From an uncultured Nitrospiraceae bacterium (GTDB lineage: Bacteria > Nitrospirota > Thermodesulfovibrionia > Thermodesulfovibrionales > Dissulfurispiraceae), in contig CAVSHF010000003.1 in the NCBI GenBank assembly GCA_963727805.1, forward strand, positions 2,397,327 to 2,461,326: 64,000 nt of DNA, in the 5' to 3' direction. Position numbers and translations under genes: made by a program. The notes under the pieces are model-generated. The model did not search any database. It was not told where the DNA came from and saw nothing but the letters and a program-made list of their open reading frames with translations. Below are positions 32,985 to 42,781 of the stretch, piece by piece. The stretch's first letter is position 1. Every line of letters begins with the position of its first letter.

Positions 32985-33499
32985 TAAGAATACTGTATCA
33001 GATATTTCGCACCGGCATTGTAACCGAGCCTCGTCCGAAAGAAATTCAGGCTAAAATCAAGGAAGTCGGCACCCACCTAGAAAAAGCAGTCTGGAAGCGC
33101 TTTAAGCGGAGCCTTACGATACGGCAGGTGGACGCAGGCTCGTGCAACGGTTGCGAACTTGAGATCCATGCCATGAACAACGCGATCTACAACTGTGAGA
33201 AATACGGTATTCACTTCACCGCTTCTCCCCGGGCAGCAGATGTACTTCTCGTAACAGGGCCTGTAACGCGAAATATGGAAATAGCCCTCCGCAGGACCTA
33301 TAATTCAACTCCCGCTCCGAAGCTTGTTGTGGCGGCTGGAGATTGTGGTTGCAATGGAGGTATATTCGGGGAAACCTATGCATCTCTCGGCGGCGTAGAT
33401 AAAGTCATCCCAGTTGATCTTTATATACCAGGATGTCCTCCGACGCCGACGGACTTGCTTTCGGGACTGCTTAGGCTGATGGAGGCGATGGACGAGTAG
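32981..33499 (+). CDS. Ehr small Fe-S subunit (NuoB/HyfI-like)
   Basis: GSCNGCELE, SPRAAD, GDC, IPGCPP. Confidence 0.9.
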   Translation: MIRILYQIFRTGIVTEPRPKEIQAKIKEVGTHLEKAVWKRFKRSLTIRQVDAGSCNGCELEIHAMNNAIYNCEKYGIHFTASPRAADVLLVTGPVTRNMEIALRRTYNSTPAPKLVVAAGDCGCNGGIFGETYASLGGVDKVIPVDLYIPGCPPTPTDLLSGLLRLMEAMDE

Positions 33500-34052
33500 G
33501 GCTGTGACAATGCAATTTGCCGCAAATAGAAGCACCGAACAATCAGATAAAGCACCGCAAAATTGCACACAGTTCATTTGGCGAGGTATGGTTCTGAAGA
33601 AATTAATAAATAAGAGACGGGGAAAGGCATAGTATGACGATAGATTCAGCGGAGATGAGACATTCGTCCACGGGGATAATTATCAAGCAATAGGGCCAAT
33701 TAGCACGATCATACAGAAAGGGCCAATCAGAGAGAGTTTGTTGCAGATGGACACCCGCAGCGACACTTGAATTGTCAGTATAACCTTTTGAAGAATATGG
33801 CTACTCGAGCATCACTTTTGTTTGCGGCAATAAGTGTTAGATTTAGTATATCTTGGCTTATATGCACACTATCATAATTAACAAGGACAACTTTATAGAT
33901 CGAATCCTCTAGTTTCCTCTTAGAGATAGTGAGCGGTGACGGGGAGGGCTACAACTTTAACCATCAATAGTAGTCAGGGTCATTGACACGAAGTTAAGCG
34001 TTGCGGTTGAATAAATCGATATGATTCGAACCAGCCCTTCTGAGATACTCTA

Positions 34053-36182
34053 ATGGATCTAAACGCTCTCGATGCAAAGCTCTTTCATTTGATCAACCAG
34101 GGCACCGCAAACGGTGTCTTCGATGTTACTATGCCCTTTCTGAGCGCCAAGGGATATTTGCTCATTGTTCCTTACATATTTTTCATTCTTTGGTGCGCCC
34201 ATCAGAAGAAGAATGACGGACGGAATGCGACGCTGGTCCTCGCACTCTGGACAGTATCTGTTTCGATATGTTCCTTTTTGTTAGCAGATTGGATGGGAAA
34301 CGAGTTGAAGCATATCCTTGGAAGGACTCGGCCCTGTAAAGTTCTTGAAGGGGTTAGGCTCCTTGTCGGCTGCTCAAATTCTTTTTCAATGCCTTCGAAC
34401 CATGCGACGAATTCGTTTGCTTATGCCGTCCCGCTTTTTTTCATGACACGGGGATACGTGCGCCTGAGGTGGAGGCTGTATCCATTGTTATTAGCCGGTC
34501 TCGTCGCCTATTCACGCCCCTATACGGGCGTTCATTATCCGGGTGATATTGCAGCGGGTGCGGTCCTCGGGATCTCTGTGGCCGCCCTGTTAATGTACCT
34601 CTTCAGTTATGCACGATCAAGATTTCAATCCCAGCCGTATACGACGTTGCTTTACGGAGGCCTCTTCGTTATAAGCGTGTTCAGAATATTTTATATCCTC
34701 AATGGCCCCCTCGATCTCGGCCCCGATGAGGCGCACTATTGGGAATGGTCGCGCCATCTAGATTTAAGCTATTACTCGAAGGGTCCCATGATCGCTTATC
34801 TCATCGCCATCGGCACTTTGATCTTCAGTGATACTATTTTTGGCATACGTTTTTTAGCCGTCGTCCTCTCGGTCTTGTCGAGCTTAATACTATTCAGGCT
34901 GGTTACTGACATGTATAAGGATGAAGCTGCTGCACTCGGTGCAGCCCTGATCTTTCAGGTCATCCCTCTATTTGCTGCCTATGGGGTGGTCTTTTCCATA
35001 GATTCTCCTTTCATGTTTTTTTGGATACTGTCGCTCTATCTTTTTTATAGGCTGGTGAACTCAGAAGATCTAGCGATTCGGCATCACAGCGCTAGGCAAG
35101 TGTTCCTGCAGTGGATTCTCCTGGGTGTCTCTGTCGGCTTCGGAATGCTCACCAAGTATACGATGGTCTTCTTTCTCGCCGGAATGTTTCTCTTTTTTAT
35201 TATGTCAGACAGACGTTATCTGCTTAAAACAATCAAGCCATACACAACCGCGTTGATAAGTCTCATCGTTTTCAGTCCCGTCATCATTTGGAATCAGCAA
35301 CACGACTGGGTCACCGTGCGGCACACTGCGGGACAAGCACACATCTCAGAGGGGGTTACGCTTTCGCTCAAGAGCTTCGGCGAGTTCTTGGGTTCCCAGC
35401 TAGGTATCGTCACCCCGGTTATCTTTGTGCTGATATTTTATGCGCTCCATAGGCTGTATCATTCAGAGAAGGGTTACCGGTCGATTTATCTTTTTGCTTT
35501 TTCAATCCCGATCATTGCCTTTTTCTTTCTTAAGAGCCTACAGGGAAAGGTCCAGGCCAACTGGGCTATGACAGGGTATATCACCGGAATTATTGCCATA
35601 GCATGGTATTTTCTGAGGCAAGATGACTCGGCAGCCCCCAGCAAGAGAAAAATGCTGATCGGATCAGGTGTCACAATCGCGCTATTGGTGACCGTAGTGA
35701 GCCATTACCCTTCGCTAATAAATCTGCCTCCCAAGCTTGACCCTTCATCGCGCCTTCGGGGATGGCACGAGTTAAGAGGGGAGGTCAGTCCCATATACAA
35801 AGCACTCACAGAGATCGGACATGTCTTTGTCTTTTCAGACCGCTACCAGATATCGAGCGAACTCGCTTTTTACATCGACGGTCATCCGAAGACCTATTGC
35901 ATCAATCTCGGTAGGCGTATGGATCAGTATGACTTATGGCCCAGCATGAACGATGAGGCCGAACGGTTACGCAGGGAGGCAGGAACTGCGACAAAGCCAA
36001 TCAATGGTATTTACGTGGCACTGGGCGATAGCGAGATGCCTTCTGCTGTAGCAATAGCTTTTGACCGGTTTGAGAAAAAAGTCATAAAAGTATACGATAG
36101 AGGATATGAGTTGAGAGTATATTCCGTATTCCTTTGTTATAATTTCAAAGGCCTCCCGGCGGGGGTGATAGAAACCTATTAG
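34053..36182 (+). CDS. PAP2 phosphatase fused to ArnT/PMT-like (GT-C) glycosyltransferase
   Basis: KHILGRTRP, SMPSNH, SRPYTGVHYPGD; then PDEAHYWEWS..SYYSKGP and LTKYT. Confidence 0.82.
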   Translation: MDLNALDAKLFHLINQGTANGVFDVTMPFLSAKGYLLIVPYIFFILWCAHQKKNDGRNATLVLALWTVSVSICSFLLADWMGNELKHILGRTRPCKVLEGVRLLVGCSNSFSMPSNHATNSFAYAVPLFFMTRGYVRLRWRLYPLLLAGLVAYSRPYTGVHYPGDIAAGAVLGISVAALLMYLFSYARSRFQSQPYTTLLYGGLFVISVFRIFYILNGPLDLGPDEAHYWEWSRHLDLSYYSKGPMIAYLIAIGTLIFSDTIFGIRFLAVVLSVLSSLILFRLVTDMYKDEAAALGAALIFQVIPLFAAYGVVFSIDSPFMFFWILSLYLFYRLVNSEDLAIRHHSARQVFLQWILLGVSVGFGMLTKYTMVFFLAGMFLFFIMSDRRYLLKTIKPYTTALISLIVFSPVIIWNQQHDWVTVRHTAGQAHISEGVTLSLKSFGEFLGSQLGIVTPVIFVLIFYALHRLYHSEKGYRSIYLFAFSIPIIAFFFLKSLQGKVQANWAMTGYITGIIAIAWYFLRQDDSAAPSKRKMLIGSGVTIALLVTVVSHYPSLINLPPKLDPSSRLRGWHELRGEVSPIYKALTEIGHVFVFSDRYQISSELAFYIDGHPKTYCINLGRRMDQYDLWPSMNDEAERLRREAGTATKPINGIYVALGDSEMPSAVAIAFDRFEKKVIKVYDRGYELRVYSVFLCYNFKGLPAGVIETY

Positions 36183-36190
36183 GAGTGGTG

Positions 36191-37132
36191 ATGACCGTTT
36201 CAGTAGTAATTCCGTTATACAATGAAGAAGAAAATGTCGAAATACTCAACGAACGCCTGAGCGAAACTATGAAAGCCCTCGATAGCGACTATGAGATTGT
36301 CTATGTCGATGATGGCAGTACTGACGGGACACTCCGGTTGCTCGAAGAACTCCAGAAGAAGGATGACAATATTGTTGTGTTGAGCCTCAGGAGGAATTTC
36401 GGCCAGACCGCAGCCTTTGCTGCGGGCTTTGATTTTGCGCGAGGAGATGTTGTGGTCACTATGGACGGAGATCTGCAGAACGATCCCACGGATATCCCGA
36501 GGCTCCTCGCATTAATTAAGGATTACGATCTGGTGAGTGGATGGCGAAGGAAGCGCCAGGACAGTTTTTCGAGAACGTTTCCGTCGAAGATGGCTAACTG
36601 GCTTATAAGTAAGGTTACTGGTGTACGGCTCCACGACTATGGATGCTCACTCAAGGCGTATCGACGTGAGGTGGTCAAGAACCTAAAGCTCTATGGTGAG
36701 ATGCACCGTTTCATCCCGGCGGTCGCGAGCTGGTATGGTGTCAGTATCGCCGAGGTCGAAACGACACACCACCCTCGATTAAGGGGAAAGTCGAAATATG
36801 GTATTTCGAGGACCATCAAGGTGCTGCTCGATCTTGTGACGGTAAAATTTCTCCAGAGTTTTTCAACAAAGCCTATACAGTTTTTCGGTCCGCTGGGGGT
36901 CTTTTTCGGCCTTGCAGGCCTTGCAGTATCGTTTTATCTAACCGTCGCAAAGGTGTTTAAAGGAATCGATATCGGCGGCAGGCCTCTCCTCCTCCTCGGC
37001 GCCCTCCTGATCATCGTAGGCATCCAGTTTATCGGCATGGGACTTTTGGGCGAGATGATCGTAAGGGTCTATCACGAGAGTCAGAAAAAACCTATTTATA
37101 CCTTAAAGAAGATCCTTGGTCCCGGTAAATAA
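36191..37132 (+). CDS. GT2 polyprenyl-phosphate glycosyltransferase (ArnC/GtrB-like)
   Basis: VVIPLYNEEE, VDDGSTD, RNFGQ, MDGDLQNDP, two C-terminal TMs. Confidence 0.9.
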   Translation: MTVSVVIPLYNEEENVEILNERLSETMKALDSDYEIVYVDDGSTDGTLRLLEELQKKDDNIVVLSLRRNFGQTAAFAAGFDFARGDVVVTMDGDLQNDPTDIPRLLALIKDYDLVSGWRRKRQDSFSRTFPSKMANWLISKVTGVRLHDYGCSLKAYRREVVKNLKLYGEMHRFIPAVASWYGVSIAEVETTHHPRLRGKSKYGISRTIKVLLDLVTVKFLQSFSTKPIQFFGPLGVFFGLAGLAVSFYLTVAKVFKGIDIGGRPLLLLGALLIIVGIQFIGMGLLGEMIVRVYHESQKKPIYTLKKILGPGK

Positions 37133-38105
37133 GAGAATCCAAAAGGCCGCCTTTCTTGTTCTCAAAATAGCGGTGAGTTCAGCTCTTCTTATCTTTCTAC
37201 TCTCGAAGGTCGGGGGCATGACGGTCATCGAGAACGCCGTCCTTCTGTCGCCGGTGCACTTTGCTACAGCTGTTGCTCTTTATCTTTTCTCTGTCTATCT
37301 GTCCTCGCTACGTTGGAGACTGCTCATTCCTTATCCAGTTGGTATGAGACGGCTTTTTTCAATGTATATGGTAGGCTCATTTTTCAATACCTGTCTTCCG
37401 GGTATCATCGGCGGAGATGCGGTCAAGGCATATTATCTGAGCAGGGAGCTTAAGCACCGCACGCCCGGTACTGCGGGTCCCTTCGGATCCGGTAAGAGCG
37501 CGATCGCCGTCGCATCGGTCTTTATGGATCGATATATAGGGTTAGCAGCCCTTCTGGTGATAGGGTTGGCGGTCTTCCCAGCAGGGTTCGATCTTCTCAG
37601 AAAGACCCCCGTGCTGTGGGCTATGCCACTGCTGTTCGGCGGCTTTGTAGCGGCAAGTATTCTTCTTTTCAGATTCCGCCTCGGTGAACGGTTCAAGTTT
37701 CTTGTCGCGGTCTATGACTATTTTAATTACTATTTCACTAAACGACACGCGCTCATAAAGGCTTTTTTTTATTCTATAGCGATACAGCTCTCAGTTATTG
37801 TCTCGGTTTACGTTCTCGCTATGGGGATGGGTATCGATATCTCGTTGCTCTCGCTGATCGTTTTTCTGCCTTTGATTACACTGATTGCCATGATTCCTGT
37901 ATCGATCTCGGGGATAGGGATCAGGGAAGGGGCATTCGTGTTCTTTCTCGGAACCATGGGAATCCCGCCGGACAAGGCGATGACCCTTTCGATACTCTGG
38001 TTTCTCTCGCTTGTCATTGCCGGTACTTGGGGACTCTATGAATACCTAAGATTTAAGCATCTTTTTGGCGGCGGAATAGAACAGGAGCCTTTTGAGGTCC
38101 GATAG
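37116..38105 (+). CDS. UPF0104/lysylphosphatidylglycerol synthase TM (flippase-like) protein
   Basis: RWRLL, FFNTCLPGIIGGD, DRYIG, PVSISGIGIREG. Confidence 0.82.
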   Translation: MVPVNKRIQKAAFLVLKIAVSSALLIFLLSKVGGMTVIENAVLLSPVHFATAVALYLFSVYLSSLRWRLLIPYPVGMRRLFSMYMVGSFFNTCLPGIIGGDAVKAYYLSRELKHRTPGTAGPFGSGKSAIAVASVFMDRYIGLAALLVIGLAVFPAGFDLLRKTPVLWAMPLLFGGFVAASILLFRFRLGERFKFLVAVYDYFNYYFTKRHALIKAFFYSIAIQLSVIVSVYVLAMGMGIDISLLSLIVFLPLITLIAMIPVSISGIGIREGAFVFFLGTMGIPPDKAMTLSILWFLSLVIAGTWGLYEYLRFKHLFGGGIEQEPFEVR

Positions 38106-39629
38106 ATTCTCCTTGAAGGCATAAGTATCGTAAAACTCCTGAAGACTCAGGAGGGACACAGTATCGGTCAGAGGCAGGCAGTATTTTCTGATAATGCCAT
38201 CTGCAATTAGCGCAATATCATCACGTCTCTCGCGCAGCGGGGGAATGTAAATGCTAACAGGGTTAAGAGCTCTAAGAAGCATCTTCGAAAATCGACCCTC
38301 CTTCACTTCTTCCTGGAGGTCCTTGCGTGACGTTAGAATAAAAAGAATGTCCGTCTGGGAACTGGGGATTTTTCGAGACCGGAAGTAATCGATGCGGGAG
38401 ATGATATCTGCAAGCCGGTCCTGCAATGGCAAAGGCATCTTATCGATATTTTTGAGCAGGATGGTGCCGCCGTTGGCCATGTCGAAGGCGCCTTTGTGCT
38501 GGTCAGTGCCCCAAAACCCTCCCCTGGAGCCGAAGAGCTCTTCTTCAAGGGTCTCTTTTTCAATAGTATCGCAATGAAAGGAGAGAAAGGGTTTGGACTT
38601 GCGCTTGTTTTCGGGATGGTAATGAAGCGCAAAGGCCAGCAGCCGTTTACCTACGCCAGCCTCACCCCAGATAAGCATGTTTTGTTCCTGTTGGTTTTTG
38701 TTAAAGAGTTCATTGAGAACGCGCAGCAGCGGGGCCGTTGTAGTCAGAAACTTGATCTCAGTCTCGTGGACTTGACCTGCCTGAGCAAGAAGCCTAGATG
38801 ACATCTCCTGGATCCCAAAATCACTGCAGACGGACTCGAATTTCTCGACGACATCGGACAGCAATTCCTCGGTCACATTTTCAGGGATATTCAAGAAGCG
38901 CTTGTTGAGCTGCTTGAAATTCTCCTGTGCCATGACGATAGAGGGGAAGAGGATCGCCTGTGCGATATACTCTGCTGCCATCGCCAGATGATACAACTGT
39001 GAAGAGCTGTGAGCAGTCGATAGACGCGCTGGCGATAGACGCACATCCTCGTTTGATGACCTCGCGGTATGCTTCTTTTGTATGAGTTCAATGATGTCTT
39101 TATACATTTGAGGCAAATTCAGTGTCTCGTCAAGCATTGATATGTGGTTCTTCTTGAAAAGAAGGTCCTCGAGAAATACCCTGTCTTCGATAGGCAGCTT
39201 TACCAGCAGAGGAAAGAGGAGCTGGTATTCAGGTCTTTGCTCTAGCAGAAGCAGCATCCCAACAGTCGGCAGAAGGGCCGAGAAAAAGGCCTCCTCAGAC
39301 TCGGCAACCGGTGACCGCTGATTGACGAGAACAGCAGCTTCACCTGCCAGAATCGCGCAGCACCACAACATCACAGAGTTTTCATCATCAAGTATATGGT
39401 CGTGACGGATGATGTCTTGTTCGATCGCATTTGACCCAATAAGAGAAGCCGCCTGCGATATCGTTGTGACTTCACCCTTGAATACAGAAAACGCAAGTTT
39501 GTGAATAAATATAAAATACAATCCTGGATCGTATTTTATGAGGGACGCTATCGTCTGGAGGGGTTCCTTTTCGTCGTGGAGTGCCGCTCTGATTTTCTCT
39601 ATTGTATGCTTGAAAACGGGCACTTTCAT
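38046..39629 (-). CDS. HDOD domain fused to a degenerate sigma54-activator-type AAA domain
   Basis: IASLIKYDPGL..VTTISQAASLIG (HDOD); GEAGVGK, PFLSFHC, EEELFG, IPPLRERRDDI. Confidence 0.75.
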   Translation of the reverse strand: MKVPVFKHTIEKIRAALHDEKEPLQTIASLIKYDPGLYFIFIHKLAFSVFKGEVTTISQAASLIGSNAIEQDIIRHDHILDDENSVMLWCCAILAGEAAVLVNQRSPVAESEEAFFSALLPTVGMLLLLEQRPEYQLLFPLLVKLPIEDRVFLEDLLFKKNHISMLDETLNLPQMYKDIIELIQKKHTARSSNEDVRLSPARLSTAHSSSQLYHLAMAAEYIAQAILFPSIVMAQENFKQLNKRFLNIPENVTEELLSDVVEKFESVCSDFGIQEMSSRLLAQAGQVHETEIKFLTTTAPLLRVLNELFNKNQQEQNMLIWGEAGVGKRLLAFALHYHPENKRKSKPFLSFHCDTIEKETLEEELFGSRGGFWGTDQHKGAFDMANGGTILLKNIDKMPLPLQDRLADIISRIDYFRSRKIPSSQTDILFILTSRKDLQEEVKEGRFSKMLLRALNPVSIYIPPLRERRDDIALIADGIIRKYCLPLTDTVSLLSLQEFYDTYAFKENLSDLKRLLFYSAAKKMLKS

Positions 39630-39647
39630 TAATGCTATAATAATATA
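39630..39647. promoter_or_regulatory. Candidate bidirectional promoter with overlapping -10 elements
   Basis: TGcTATAAT (39633-39641) 6 nt before the mnmG ATG; TATTAT on the minus strand (39642-39637) 7 nt before the HDOD ATG. Confidence 0.55.
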
Positions 39648-41534
39648 ATGCAGTTTAAAGAGCAAGATTACGACGTCATTGTCGTCGGCGCAGGCCATGC
39701 CGGATGCGAGGCAGCCCTGGCGGCCGATCGTCTCGGCCTGGCAACCTGCCTCTTTACGATCAACATTGATACCATCGCTCAACTTTCCTGCAACCCGGCA
39801 ATTGGGGGCCTTGCGAAGGGGCATCTTGTACGCGAAATAGATGCCTTGGGTGGGGAAATGGCTAGGGTGACGGACAAATCGGGCATTCAATTCAGGATGC
39901 TGAATCTCTCAAAGGGGCCCGCGGTCTGGGCCTTGAGGGCGCAAGCCGACAGAGTCCTCTACCGGGGTGTCATGAGGAATACACTTGAGGCACGAAAGAA
40001 CCTTGCCATAAAGCAGGGGATGGTAGAAAAAATCATAACCGAAAACGGCAGGGTAAAGGGGATCATGACTTCCCTCGGTGTTATGTATGGCGCAAGGGCG
40101 GTCATTGTGACAACCGGCACTTTCCTAAAGGGGCTTATCCATATAGGTCTTGACAATTTTCAGGCTGGAAGAGCGGGCGAATTCGCCTCTCTTGGTCTCT
40201 CCGACTCCCTAAGGGAACTGGGGCTAAGGCTTGGAAGGCTCAAGACCGGCACTCCGCCGAGGCTCGATGCGCGAAGCATTGATTTTTCAAAAACAATGCC
40301 GCAATGGGGGGATGATCCTCCGCTGCCTTTTTCACATTTTACGGAGAAGATAACGAACGCCCAATTACCGTGTTACATAACTTACACGAATGCTGCTACC
40401 CACGAAATCATCCGTGGCGGACTCGACCGTTCCCCGCTTTACAGCGGAAAGATACAAGGTATAGGGCCGAGATATTGCCCTTCGATCGAAGACAAGGTGG
40501 TGCGATTTGCTGAAAAGGAGAGGCACCAGGTATTTCTTGAGCCGGAAGGGCTTGAGACTGCCGAATATTATGCAAACGGAATCTCGACGAGCCTGCCGTA
40601 TGATATTCAGGTCAACATGGTCAGGACCATCCCCGGACTCGAGGAAGCTGTGATAATGAGGCCAGCCTATGCCATCGAATACGATTTTGTCTATCCGACC
40701 CAGATCAGGCATAGTCTCGAAACCAAGGCAATAGACGGGCTTTTTCTTGCAGGGCAGATTAACGGCACCTCGGGGTATGAGGAGGCAGCGGCGCAGGGCC
40801 TGATGGCGGGGATTAATGCAGTCATGAAGTTGCAGGGCAAGCAACCGGTTGTTCTTGGCAGGGACGAGGCATATATCGGCGTACTGATCGATGACCTGGT
40901 GACAAAGGGAACGCGTGAGCCCTATCGAATGTTCACATCGAGGGCCGAATACCGACTCCTCCTGCGACACGACAATGCCGATTTCAGGCTGATGGAAAAA
41001 GGATATGACATAGGATTGATATCTGCACAGATGATCAAGGAGTTCAGGCAGAAGAAGCGGCTCTTTGAATCGGAAATTGCAAGGCTCAAGACGGACCGTG
41101 TAAAGCCGTCTTCTGACCTCAATGCGTCTCTCACGGAAATGGGAACGACGCCTATTACGGAAGACACATCACTGGATAAACTTCTCAAAAGGCCTGAGAT
41201 CAAGTATCACTTCATAAATGAGAGGGCACCGGCGCCTCACCAACTTTCGCGTGAAGTCGAGGGCCTTGTCGAGATCAACATAAAATACGAAGGGTACATC
41301 CAGAGGCAAAGCGAGGCAGCGGCGAAACTTAAGAAATTCGAAACGAAGAAGATCCCTGGCGGATTTGATTACACAGCGACCCCGGGTCTATCCCGCGAGA
41401 TCGTCGAAAAGCTTACCGAAGTGCGGCCCGAAACCCTCGGACAGGCCTTGCGAATACCGGGTATCACGCCTGCAGCGGTTTCGATAATCCTTGTGGCTGT
41501 GGAGGGATTTTGGCGGAAGAGCGCGAAATCCTGA
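39648..41534 (+). CDS. mnmG: tRNA uridine-5-carboxymethylaminomethyl modification enzyme
   Basis: GAGHAGCEAA, SCNPAIGG, RLKTGTPPR, GPRYCPSIEDK, GQINGTSGYEEAAAQG. Confidence 0.98.
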   Translation: MQFKEQDYDVIVVGAGHAGCEAALAADRLGLATCLFTINIDTIAQLSCNPAIGGLAKGHLVREIDALGGEMARVTDKSGIQFRMLNLSKGPAVWALRAQADRVLYRGVMRNTLEARKNLAIKQGMVEKIITENGRVKGIMTSLGVMYGARAVIVTTGTFLKGLIHIGLDNFQAGRAGEFASLGLSDSLRELGLRLGRLKTGTPPRLDARSIDFSKTMPQWGDDPPLPFSHFTEKITNAQLPCYITYTNAATHEIIRGGLDRSPLYSGKIQGIGPRYCPSIEDKVVRFAEKERHQVFLEPEGLETAEYYANGISTSLPYDIQVNMVRTIPGLEEAVIMRPAYAIEYDFVYPTQIRHSLETKAIDGLFLAGQINGTSGYEEAAAQGLMAGINAVMKLQGKQPVVLGRDEAYIGVLIDDLVTKGTREPYRMFTSRAEYRLLLRHDNADFRLMEKGYDIGLISAQMIKEFRQKKRLFESEIARLKTDRVKPSSDLNASLTEMGTTPITEDTSLDKLLKRPEIKYHFINERAPAPHQLSREVEGLVEINIKYEGYIQRQSEAAAKLKKFETKKIPGGFDYTATPGLSREIVEKLTEVRPETLGQALRIPGITPAAVSIILVAVEGFWRKSAKS

Positions 41535-42136
41535 CAGATGGACTGCTTGAACTCGGCATGGAACCGAGGGTGGAGACCCTTGCAGCCTTTGATCTTTATC
41601 GTCAGGAATTGAAGAAGTGGAACAAGGTGCATAATATCACCTCAATCACCGACGACAAGGAGATCGTTGTCAAGCATTTCCTCGATTCACTTCTCTATCT
41701 CAAGGCAATACCTGTGGGCACACTCACGCTATGCGACGTCGGTAGCGGGGGTGGTTTCCCGGGTCTACCAATCGCAATTGTCAGAGCCGATATTGATGTT
41801 ACGCTTCTTGAACCGTCGAGAAAAAAAATGGCCTTTCTCAGGCAGATAAGAAGACTTCTCTCTCTCAAGAATGTGGAAATCATCGATGCCCGTGCAGAAG
41901 AAGTTACGGACCGGCAATTCGATGTGGTAGTGACTCGTGCACTCTTTACCGTTTCAGACATGATCATAAAGGCCGGTCATCTTGTAAGGAAGGGTGGCTT
42001 TTTAGTCCTAAACAAAGGACCAAAATTTGAAGAGGAGGTCCGAAAGGTACCGCCGTCAGTTCCCGCTGAAGTCATGAGTGTCTCACTTGAGAAAGCACAT
42101 TTGACCAGAAACCTAATCACGATTGCAAGTCCCTGA
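41510..42136 (+). CDS. rsmG: 16S rRNA m7G527 methyltransferase
   Basis: KWNKVHNITS, KHFLDSL, DVGSGGGFPG, VVTRA; follows mnmG. Confidence 0.95.
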   Translation: MAEEREILTDGLLELGMEPRVETLAAFDLYRQELKKWNKVHNITSITDDKEIVVKHFLDSLLYLKAIPVGTLTLCDVGSGGGFPGLPIAIVRADIDVTLLEPSRKKMAFLRQIRRLLSLKNVEIIDARAEEVTDRQFDVVVTRALFTVSDMIIKAGHLVRKGGFLVLNKGPKFEEEVRKVPPSVPAEVMSVSLEKAHLTRNLITIASP

Positions 42137-42179
42137 AAAATTGACTTTCCTCTGAAAAGTTTAGTATTTTAAAAGTTCA

Positions 42180-42256
42180 CGGGGCGTAGCGCAGCCTGGT
42201 AGCGCACCTGCCTTGGGCGCAGGGGGCCGGAGGTTCGAATCCTCTCGCCCCGACCA
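42180..42256 (+). tRNA. tRNA-Pro(TGG)
   Basis: CGGGGCG..CGCCCCG acceptor, CCTGC-CTTGGGC-GCAGG anticodon arm, CCA. Confidence 0.95.
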
Positions 42257-42341
42257 AAACAACAGTTCAAAGCTCTTAGTTTTCACCATTAGAAAGGCCC
42301 AAGGAAAGGGAAACTATGAGCTTTGAAGAATACTTGGAATT

Positions 42342-42415
42342 GCGCCTGTAGCTCAGCTGGATAGAGCAACTGCCTTCTAAGCAGTAGGTCGCCCGTTCGA
42401 GTCGGGCCAGGCGCG
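42342..42415 (+). tRNA. tRNA-Arg(TCT)
   Basis: GCGCCTG..CAGGCGC acceptor, ACTGC-CTTCTAA-GCAGT; CCA not encoded. Confidence 0.95.
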
Positions 42416-42493
42416 TTTAAACATGCAATGGGACATTCGGGCAGTATGGAAATGATCGGTATGGATGCGTTATACTGCGTATGTCCCGTCAAT

Positions 42494-42570
42494 GGTGGAT
42501 GTAGCTCAACTGGCAGAGCACTGGACTGTGGCTCCAGTGGTTGCGGGTTCAAGACCCGTCATCCACCCCA
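42494..42570 (+). tRNA. tRNA-His(GTG)
   Basis: G-1 plus GTGGATG..CATCCAC, CTGGA-CTGTGGC-TCCAG, CCA. Confidence 0.95.
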
Positions 42571-42781
42571 TTCCTTATTCGTAACAATATCATGTAACCG
42601 TTCTATTTCACGTCTGCCAGGAGCGGGGGGGAATTTTATGCCGGCTGCAAGCACCACTTTATCTTGCACAACATGATAAAGGAGTTGGGCGGCATTTGCG
42701 GATATTAAATATCTTGTGTATGATTGATCTGAATATATTGAGAGCGTTGCCCAGTTAAAATCGTGTATATAGAAGTGAAAG

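Noticed and set aside
39630..39890. N-terminal extension of the 614-aa minus-strand ORF
   Set aside because: Antisense to the conserved mnmG 5' end
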